DNA of 29,004 nucleotides from a virus (taxonomy: Duplodnaviria > Caudoviricetes). Under the pieces are notes generated by a model, which was not told the DNA's origin, did no database searches, and was given only the letters and a program-made list of their open reading frames with translations. Position 1 is the stretch's first letter. Each line of letters starts with the position of its first letter. The translations under genes and the position numbers were made by a program. Positions 18,828 through 25,736 of this stretch are shown here, piece after piece. The stretch lies in IMG/VR virus record IMGVR_UViG_3300030392_002189, positions 1 to 29,004 of that record, one strand, 5' to 3'.

Positions 18828-19001
18828 TTAAAAATAAGTGACCAGTTTTAAATCTTTTGGTTTTACTTGTTCACCAGAGTTGTAGTTTAATTTTTTAGAA
18901 CCTTTTTCTCTTGCTTCATCTTCGTTTTTTGCATAGACCAAAATATATTCAGCAGGGTCATACTTCCACAATTTCAATTTAAATAAATATGCTTTTTTCA
19001 T
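18828..19001 (-). CDS. Cassette 2: 57-aa phage-type protein (missing from the ORF track)
   Basis: MKKAYLFKLKLWKYDPAEYILVYAKNEDEAREKG...; fills the cassette. Confidence 0.7.
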   Translation of the reverse strand: MKKAYLFKLKLWKYDPAEYILVYAKNEDEAREKGSKKLNYNSGEQVKPKDLKLVTYF

Positions 19002-19018
19002 AATCATATTTTTAAAAG

Positions 19019-19303
19019 ATGTCTAACACGGTATATAAATAATAAATAATGCTAATCAACATTGTGCTTCAAACACTCTCCGTCAGTGTGTTTTATGTAT
19101 TGTCGTTTCGTCATATTAGCTATCCATCTATCGTCTCTACACGCAGGATTTTTACAATACTTTTGGTTTCCAGAATCCATTTCAAATTCTTCATTACACC
19201 AAATGCAATTCTTTAAAATACCTGCTTCGCTTATATTTCTGTGTTTGTGTTGAAAATATCCCATATCGCATTATTTACTATTCATATACCATTTACGTTA
19301 TGT
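19019..19303 (+). repeat. attC-like site 2, with a gene in its loop
   Basis: Arms 19030-19052 and 19268-19290 are 21/23 complementary; cores GTCTAAC and GTTATGT. Confidence 0.85.
19052..19264 (-). CDS. 70-aa zinc-finger-like protein inside the attC2 loop
   Basis: CIWC...QKYCKNPAC. Confidence 0.7.
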   Translation of the reverse strand: MGYFQHKHRNISEAGILKNCIWCNEEFEMDSGNQKYCKNPACRDDRWIANMTKRQYIKHTDGECLKHNVD

Positions 19304-19351
19304 TTAATTGCGCCAATCTTTACGCAAGTGTTACGCTTTAGGGCGCAACTA

Positions 19352-19875
19352 AAACATAACAATGCATATAATTAAACACTTACTTCGTGCTTAACCGTAA
19401 GTTCATTACCTGTAATCGCAAAAAACAAGTTTTGTAATTGATGTACATATTTCAATTCGGTATATTCATCAAATATTGGCATCCAAAAACCTGTACTATC
19501 GGCATAGAAATCAACACCGCCAATTTGAAATGTAGCGTCTATTAAACTTTGTGATGTTTTTCTAAAATGGTTAAACGGGTCGTCATACTTGCATTTTCCG
19601 TGTTCAAATATTGGGTCGTCAGTTATAGGCGTTTCCATTCCTAATTTTATTAACCAATCCTCTGTTAAGTAAATTGGCTTATATTCGTTCACACCTAAAG
19701 TTTCGTTATTTTCCTTAACGCTCATTTGCCATAGGTCATAACCAGACATTTCACATAATTTGTCGTCTATATCAATATACAGGTTTCCTATTCTAAAGTT
19801 TTTTGCTTTCATTCTGTTCTATATTTAAGTTTTGTTCTTCTATTACGTGTCAAATCATATGCTAATCCGTTCAGG
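19352..19875 (+). repeat. attC-like site 3, with a gene in its loop
   Basis: ACATAAC aat GCATATaATTaaACAC...GTGTcaAATcATATGC taatcc GTTCAGG. Confidence 0.75.
19372..19812 (-). CDS. Conserved-type Bacteroidota phage protein inside the attC3 loop
   Basis: FRIGN, PIYLTEDWLIKLG and LKYVHQLQNLFFAITGNEL motifs. Confidence 0.8.
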   Translation of the reverse strand: MKAKNFRIGNLYIDIDDKLCEMSGYDLWQMSVKENNETLGVNEYKPIYLTEDWLIKLGMETPITDDPIFEHGKCKYDDPFNHFRKTSQSLIDATFQIGGVDFYADSTGFWMPIFDEYTELKYVHQLQNLFFAITGNELTVKHEVSV

Positions 19876-19899
19876 TTAATTGCCCTACGGGGCGCATTA

Positions 19900-20079
19900 C
19901 TACACATTTAAAACCCACTTTAATACAGAAATTTTACTTTGTATTTCATTTAATTTTAGGGCTTTACCTAAAGAGATAGGCTCTTTTTTCAAAGCTTGGT
20001 TTTTTTTATAAATTAAAATTTCCTCTTCTTTGTTGCGTAAATTCTTAATTTTTGCTTCAATTTGGTCAAATGTCTTCAT
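19900..20079 (-). CDS. Cassette 4: 59-aa coiled-coil phage protein
   Basis: MKTFDQIEAKI...ISVLKWVL; start revised to ATG at 20079. Confidence 0.65.
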   Translation of the reverse strand: MKTFDQIEAKIKNLRNKEEEILIYKKNQALKKEPISLGKALKLNEIQSKISVLKWVLNV

Positions 20080-20195
20080 CCGAATGGTTTTAAATATTCC
20101 CGTAACGCTCAATTAACCTGAACGCTCGGGGTGTAAAATGCCTATATTTAGGCTTGTTAATATTTGGTTTCTGTAGGACTGCCCTACGGTCAACG

Positions 20196-20356
20196 AACCC
20201 GAACAACATATAAAGCGAATACGGCATTTTAAAAGCTGCCGTTCGGCTGGACTATTTAAGAATATCGGGTTAAACTTAAATAAGGTTGTTTACTAATTAA
20301 TGTTTCTTATAAATTCCTTAAAACGCCGCACTCGCTTTATACCCCGAGCGTTAGCA
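20196..20356 (+). repeat. attC-like site 4
   Basis: Arms 20209-20232 and 20318-20341 are 21/24 complementary; cores CCCGAAC and GTTAGCA. Confidence 0.8.
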
Positions 20357-20362
20357 TTAATA

Positions 20363-20698
20363 CTACCTACTCACTTCTATTTTAGCTTCAGGGTATTCTT
20401 TAAGTGCTTCCAAGTATTTAGCAACAAAAGGAACAAAATGCTCGTACATTCCCCATCCATTTGGGCTATTAAATTGCTCAAAGTATTCAGGCCTTGCTTT
20501 TAAGTCAGCTAATCCTTTTTCTACAGTCTCAATAATGTCTTCTGCATACTTCGCACCTATTTCTTCAGGTCGCCAAAGTGCTTTGTAAATTCCAGCTTTA
20601 TCAGCCATTTCGCCCAAATTATGGGTAATGTTTGCCCAGTACAAAGATTCCGTTTCATACTTTGCTGTCGGGTCTTCTAAATAAACATCTAAACTCAT
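20363..20698 (-). CDS. Cassette 5: 111-aa phage hypothetical protein
   Basis: MSLDVYL..NITHNL..NGWG; fills the cassette between GTTAGCATTA and TAATGCTAAC. Confidence 0.8.
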   Translation of the reverse strand: MSLDVYLEDPTAKYETESLYWANITHNLGEMADKAGIYKALWRPEEIGAKYAEDIIETVEKGLADLKARPEYFEQFNSPNGWGMYEHFVPFVAKYLEALKEYPEAKIEVSR

Positions 20699-20732
20699 TT
20701 TGTTCCTTTTTTATCGTTAAATTAATCCGTAC

Positions 20733-20801
20733 TAATGCTAACAACACCTATGCCCCATATTCCGCTATGCTTCATACGGTGCATAGCCAATTCCGTTCGG
20801 C
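20733..20801 (+). repeat. attC-like site 5 (short)
   Basis: TGCTAAC aacac CTATGCcCCaTAT...ATAcGGtGCATAG ccaattcc GTTCGGC. Confidence 0.8.
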
Positions 20802-20870
20802 TGTTCAAATCCATTAAATCAATATATTCTGGTTATTATGTTACCAACATTAAAATAAATACATATCTGC

Positions 20871-20903
20871 AAAACGCCGCACTCGCTTTATACCCCGAGC
20901 GTT
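20871..20903 (+). repeat. Exact 33-bp direct repeat of the attC4 right arm (20320-20352)
   Basis: AAAACGCCGCACTCGCTTTATACCCCGAGCGTT occurs twice. Confidence 0.95.
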
Positions 20904-21043
20904 CACAGGCATAACCTCAACAAGGGCAAGTGCTAATTCGTTCCACTCTGACCACTTGCCCTTGCATCGGATACGTGTTGTGGTTATCGTGCCTCAAACA
21001 CACTACAACACTAATGCCTGTGAACGTATGGGGAGTATTCGAT

Positions 21044-21448
21044 TTAAAAAGCCCTTGCGGTTCGTTCCACTTCACCGTCTTTAAAATTTGGATTATCGTG
21101 TATATTACCTATAATTTTACTCCTATCTGAATTTGTAACTAAACTCACTACATAACCAGTATCAATATTTTTTTGCTGAAAAACTCCATTACTAAAACAA
21201 ACTTCTACTAATCTATTTGTTTGAGTTTCCATAATGTCGCCTTCGTAAATTTCATTTCCATTTTTGTCTTTTAATCCAGTCCATTCATCACAAGAAACTA
21301 CATCCCACCTTTCATCTATTGAAAAACGGTACAATCCGTTTGTTTTATCATTTAAAGAGATATAAAAAGTATCTATATCACCTTCTTTGTAATTCCCCCA
21401 ATCATCAGAAACTAGTTTTAATCTGTATCTAAATTTAATTTCTCTCAT
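21044..21448 (-). CDS. YopX-family protein within the array
   Basis: MREIKFR, TGLKDKNGNEIYEGDI and IIGNIHDNP motifs. Confidence 0.92.
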   Translation of the reverse strand: MREIKFRYRLKLVSDDWGNYKEGDIDTFYISLNDKTNGLYRFSIDERWDVVSCDEWTGLKDKNGNEIYEGDIMETQTNRLVEVCFSNGVFQQKNIDTGYVVSLVTNSDRSKIIGNIHDNPNFKDGEVERTARAF

Positions 21449-21492
21449 AATTCAATGTTTAAGTTATTGTTTACTTGTTTTGTTTCGGCAAC

Positions 21493-21631
21493 GCCTGTGA
21501 ACACCGAGTATATTACATTGCCTAACGGCAGGGCTTTTTAAATCGTTCATTGCCTTACGTGTTCCCAAACCATTCCTTGCAGTCATAGTTTTACACACAC
21601 GGCAACGAAACATACTCCCCATACGTTCTAA
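21493..21631 (+). repeat. attC-like site 6
   Basis: TGTGAAC acc GAGTATaTTaCaTTGCC...GGCAAcGaAAcATACTC cccatac GTTCTAA. Confidence 0.8.
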
Positions 21632-21659
21632 CCAATTTAAAAACACGGTTAGAACATAA

Positions 21660-23444
21660 TCACGCATAAAACTCTGCGTCCGGGTTGTTGTAAACGCTTT
21701 CGCTGGTTTCGGGTTCTTCGGTGTTTAGTACGCCAGCTTCAGCCATTACTAATGTTATTAATGGATCTATTCTTTTTGTACTGTGTTTTTTACTTAATCT
21801 TACATTTTCATTAGGGTCTATATACGTTCCGCAACCGGTTAAACACCATTGTAATAATGGATTTCCGCCGTGTCGGAGTTTTCCGGATAATGCTAATTTT
21901 TCAATTTCTTTTGTTGGTGTTGAAAAATAGGTGGTGGTCTGCGCAAATTGTAACATTTCTAACCCTGATTCTATTAAATTTGTTACTAGTTGTGTGCTGT
22001 TATACCTATCAAAAAGAAACGCTAAACACTTCAATAGGAAATAATATTTTTTTGAATAATCTTCCATTACATTATAATCCACCACATTTCCTTCAGTAGC
22101 TATTAACAATCTTAAATCGTTGATTAAATGTGAAAAATCTGCTTCTAAATGTTTAGGAACCTCTACATAATCAATCATATTGGTTTCACTCCAGTGCCTA
22201 TAAGGAACTCTATCTTCTTTTGAACGTTTATCAATGGTGTCTTTAGGGCAAAAAACTAAAACCAAAAAATCTTGAATACCTTCTTCATCTGGATTGCTTA
22301 AAAATCCTGTACAGGTTAAATCGGTAGTGGTACTTAAATCTATAGCGCCGTAACAGCCGTATTTTATAAAATTTTCAATTTTTACTTTATCACTGTTTTG
22401 CATCCACACTTCATTTTCAATCCAAGGGTCTTGTTCATCAACCCACATATTAAGGTTTTTGGTTTTGAAAATTCTCTTTTTTGAAGGCTGAAGCACACAC
22501 TTATGATAATCTTTTTTCATTCGTTCCATTGTAAGGCCTTGCCCTAAAAGCGGGTTACACTTATACCAATTTTCGGGATCTTGCCAATCATCGCCATCAT
22601 CCATTTCGTGAATCATGATCCATAGGGTATCATCTTCTTCATTTGTCCCCAACAAAACACCTTTACACACTTCTTCATAATTATAGCACACCGATTGTAT
22701 ATTGGTTCCGGCTGTGGTGATATGATAGGTTATGGGCTGGGTGCGTAATACTGAAGAAGTTTCTAAATTTTCCTTTACACCATCGTCTTTATGGGCGTGG
22801 TATTCATCTATTATTGAAACGTGACTGTTTATACCATCTTGCGTTTTACTATCACCACCCAAAGGCATCATTTTACTACCGTTGCCAGCAAAACGAATTT
22901 CCTTTAACCGAGTACTGAAACCTATTTGCTTTAACCGTGGGTTTGCCAACGGGCTTTCAATAAAGTTTTTTGCGGCCGTCCAACATATTTTCGCTTGATC
23001 TTCTTTCGTGGCACCTACATAAATTTCAGCTTCGTATTCATCATCATCGGCCATAACGTAAAGAGAAAGCCCTGCCATCTCTGCAGATTTACCGTTTTTC
23101 TTTGCTCGCTTATCGTAAATTGTATTTATACGACGATGGCCAGTGGTGGTGCTTTTCCACCCAAAAAGATTGTATTGTGTAAACTGTTGAAATGGTGCTA
23201 AATTAAATGGTGTTCCCGCAATACCCGCGCCCTTTGTATGATTAATAAACATTGGGAAGAAATTAATTACACGCATCCCTGCTTCGTGGTCCAGGTAATA
23301 CCCATCTTCTTCGGCGGTGTCTAACCATCTAAAAAACCGCTCAACCGCCAACTTAATATACTTTCCGGTTACAATTTTACCGGAACGTACATCGTTTGCA
23401 TACTGAAACGGAACGGATTGAAGCATTTCTTTTGTTGGTTTCAT
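21660..23444 (-). CDS. terL: Terminase large subunit
   Basis: Walker A AKKNGKS, IIDEYH, ITTAG, GAIDLS and RIDP motifs. Confidence 0.97.
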   Translation of the reverse strand: MKPTKEMLQSVPFQYANDVRSGKIVTGKYIKLAVERFFRWLDTAEEDGYYLDHEAGMRVINFFPMFINHTKGAGIAGTPFNLAPFQQFTQYNLFGWKSTTTGHRRINTIYDKRAKKNGKSAEMAGLSLYVMADDDEYEAEIYVGATKEDQAKICWTAAKNFIESPLANPRLKQIGFSTRLKEIRFAGNGSKMMPLGGDSKTQDGINSHVSIIDEYHAHKDDGVKENLETSSVLRTQPITYHITTAGTNIQSVCYNYEEVCKGVLLGTNEEDDTLWIMIHEMDDGDDWQDPENWYKCNPLLGQGLTMERMKKDYHKCVLQPSKKRIFKTKNLNMWVDEQDPWIENEVWMQNSDKVKIENFIKYGCYGAIDLSTTTDLTCTGFLSNPDEEGIQDFLVLVFCPKDTIDKRSKEDRVPYRHWSETNMIDYVEVPKHLEADFSHLINDLRLLIATEGNVVDYNVMEDYSKKYYFLLKCLAFLFDRYNSTQLVTNLIESGLEMLQFAQTTTYFSTPTKEIEKLALSGKLRHGGNPLLQWCLTGCGTYIDPNENVRLSKKHSTKRIDPLITLVMAEAGVLNTEEPETSESVYNNPDAEFYA

Positions 23445-23446
23445 TT

Positions 23447-23896
23447 TTAAGATGATTTTTTTCCTAAGAAGTCGTCAACTCCCAACGGTAGTTTTAATTG
23501 GTTACTAGCTTCCAGTTCTTTTTCACTTTTTGGATCCATACCAAAACGGCGAAGGCAAATAAAAATCTGTTTCAATGCTTTTTCTTTTACGGTAATGTAT
23601 GGGCTTACCTGTACAGCACCAGTTGTAAATTTTTGCACAAACCCGGTTCCTGCTTTTTTACGGTTTTTTTTATGGATTTCTTTCACGGCCCATTCGTACT
23701 GCGCAAGCTCTACCGAGAATATTTCCATAGTAGGTATGTGCCGTTTCTTTAAAGCTTTTTCTGAAATTAATATTTCAGCAATACGTTTAAAATTTCTTTT
23801 TTCGGTGCCATTAAAATAACTAGGCACTTTCGGAACTTCAGTAACCACATCGGTCACCTTCTTTCCTTTCGATTTTGAATTATGTACTATATTCAT
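23447..23896 (-). CDS. terS: Terminase small subunit (P27-like)
   Basis: PKVPSYF, QVSPY and FGMDPKS motifs; directly upstream of terL. Confidence 0.88.
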   Translation of the reverse strand: MNIVHNSKSKGKKVTDVVTEVPKVPSYFNGTEKRNFKRIAEILISEKALKKRHIPTMEIFSVELAQYEWAVKEIHKKNRKKAGTGFVQKFTTGAVQVSPYITVKEKALKQIFICLRRFGMDPKSEKELEASNQLKLPLGVDDFLGKKSS

Positions 23897-24006
23897 ACTA
23901 CTCTATTTTATACCCCCCCTTAAAAAATATTGCTTCACAAAAATTCTGATTAACAGGCGATGTTTAGTGTTTTTACTATTCTAACTTTTTTAGGGATACC
24001 CCGTAT
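23897..24006. other. Candidate cos/packaging site region
   Basis: Non-coding gap between HNH and terS with a G-run on the minus strand, the usual cos position in HK97-like phages; exact site not identified. Confidence 0.45.
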
Positions 24007-24327
24007 TTATTTACTCCTAGCTGACTCTTCACCACTCTTTTTCGCGTGGCATTTTTTACAACCACTCTGTAATTCATTCCAATCATAAGGATCTCTACCC
24101 TGTTCTAATATAATTTGTAACTGTTCTTTATGATCACAAACATCTGCTGGGCCAACAATACCTAAATCTTTACACTCTAATTCACAAGTTTTATTTACAC
24201 TTCTATAAGCTAAACTTGTTCTCCTCCATTTTGAGGAATTATAAAAATCATAATTATCAACTAAACGTTGATGCTTTTCACGTTTAGGGACCCAATTAGG
24301 ACGTAATTTTTTACTTTGTTTAGGCAT
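24007..24327 (-). CDS. Packaging-associated HNH nuclease (HK97 gp74-like)
   Basis: FYNSSKWRR, VCDH and LQSGCKKCHAKKS motifs; next to terS. Confidence 0.88.
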   Translation of the reverse strand: MPKQSKKLRPNWVPKREKHQRLVDNYDFYNSSKWRRTSLAYRSVNKTCELECKDLGIVGPADVCDHKEQLQIILEQGRDPYDWNELQSGCKKCHAKKSGEESARSK

Positions 24328-24329
24328 AA

Positions 24330-25736
24330 TTAAAAATCTACTTCATCATCTTCACGGTTAATCATTGGCGAATAATCCATAAACTTTGTTTTGTTTTCTT
24401 CAAACCAAATCCCTTCAGTTCCTATCCCACCGTTTCTATTTTTTGCTACAATAAATTCAGTATTCTCGTCTTGTTCTAATATTTCATAATCACATTCAAA
24501 ACCATAATAAGCAGGACGGTACAAGAAACCTACTATATCTGCATCCTGCTCAATATCACCAGCTTCTTTTAAATCTGATAACAAAGGTCTTTTACTACCA
24601 CCTCTTGTTTCCACACCTCTAGATAATTGAGATAAACCGATTACAGGAATTTCTAATTCTTTTGCAATATGTTTTAATCCACGGGAAGTTTCACCAGTTC
24701 TAATCCTTACATCACTATGACCATCAGCTAATTGAATATAATCTACTATTAGAATATCTAAGCCGTACTTTCTTTTCCAAGAACGTGCTTTAGCTTTCAT
24801 TTCACCAATATTTAAACCAGGGCGATCATCAATATGAATAGGCAACTCTGCCATTACATTCACCAAATCATTTAAACCTTTAAAATATTTAGGATGTTCA
24901 AATCCAGTTTGATTTAACTGCCTCATATGATAATTACTATTAACCGCCACACCTCTTGTAGCTAACTGAATAGCACTCATTTCTAAACTCATAAACCCTA
25001 CAACTTTACCAGATTGAGCGGCCTTAATCATATTATTAATAGTAAAAGCTGTCTTTCCCATACCAGGGCGCGCACCAATCACAATTAAATCTGTAGGCTG
25101 CCAACCACCAAACCATTTGTCTAACTTTACCAATCCAGTTGTAACACCTGTAACATCGCCACTATTATTGGTTAAAAATTCAACACGCTTCGGCACTTCA
25201 TTAATTGCATCTGCCCAACTAACTTCAGATTTACCACGGTTAATCATCTCACTAATTTTAGTGAAATTAATTTCTGCTTGTTCCATCATATCAAACACAT
25301 CAGCAGAATCATCATAACTACTTTCAAGCAGTTGATTTGCAAAACGGATATACTCACGTTGAATAAATTTTTGTAGCACAATCCTACTATGAAATTCAAT
25401 GTGAGCGGCAGAAGAAACTTTCTGCGTTAACTGAACCAAATAATAATCACCACCAGAAGCCTCTAGTAATTTTTTCTTTTTTAATTGTTCCGAAACCGTA
25501 ACAATATCAACACCTTCAGCTTTGTTATATAAATAACTAATCGCTTCAAATATGTTTTTATGGGCATCTTTATAAAATACATCCGGGGTTTTAATAACCT
25601 CTAAACAGTCATCCACACCTTTTTTATCTATCAACATCCCACCAAGTATGATGACTTCTAATCCAACATCTTGTGGCGGAAGCTTTCCTTTTTCAAGTGA
25701 AACTATTTTGCTTTTATTTACTTGGTTAGTTTGCAT
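24330..25736 (-). CDS. dnaB: Replicative DNA helicase
   Basis: GARPGMGKT, SLEM, VDYIQL, LSQLSR, IEQDAD and AKNRNG motifs. Confidence 0.97.
   Translation of the reverse strand: MQTNQVNKSKIVSLEKGKLPPQDVGLEVIILGGMLIDKKGVDDCLEVIKTPDVFYKDAHKNIFEAISYLYNKAEGVDIVTVSEQLKKKKLLEASGGDYYLVQLTQKVSSAAHIEFHSRIVLQKFIQREYIRFANQLLESSYDDSADVFDMMEQAEINFTKISEMINRGKSEVSWADAINEVPKRVEFLTNNSGDVTGVTTGLVKLDKWFGGWQPTDLIVIGARPGMGKTAFTINNMIKAAQSGKVVGFMSLEMSAIQLATRGVAVNSNYHMRQLNQTGFEHPKYFKGLNDLVNVMAELPIHIDDRPGLNIGEMKAKARSWKRKYGLDILIVDYIQLADGHSDVRIRTGETSRGLKHIAKELEIPVIGLSQLSRGVETRGGSKRPLLSDLKEAGDIEQDADIVGFLYRPAYYGFECDYEILEQDENTEFIVAKNRNGGIGTEGIWFEENKTKFMDYSPMINREDDEVDF

Larger units (their letters stand above)
17082..21659. 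mobile_element. Phage-borne integron-like element (recombinase, attI-like site and cassette array)
   Basis: Recombinase points away from an array of AAC...GTT hairpins; cassette ends are self-complementary. Confidence 0.85.

Noticed and set aside
20320-20903. Diversity-generating retroelement TR/VR pair
   Set aside because: The copies are identical and non-coding, and there is no reverse transcriptase in the window.
18690-21655. CRISPR array
   Set aside because: The repeats are inverted, differ in sequence and are irregularly spaced around genes; there are no cas genes.
18000-21655. Classical shufflon or IS/MITE cluster
   Set aside because: There is no single conserved crossover repeat, no fused variable gene ends, no transposase and no target duplications. 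Local inversion is not excluded.
20300-21667. ORFs 20300-20503, 20632-20817, 20930-21130 (+) and 21464-21667 (-)
   Set aside because: They cross hairpin sites or overlap real genes and have no recognisable motifs. The last overlaps the terL stop and cannot be fully excluded.
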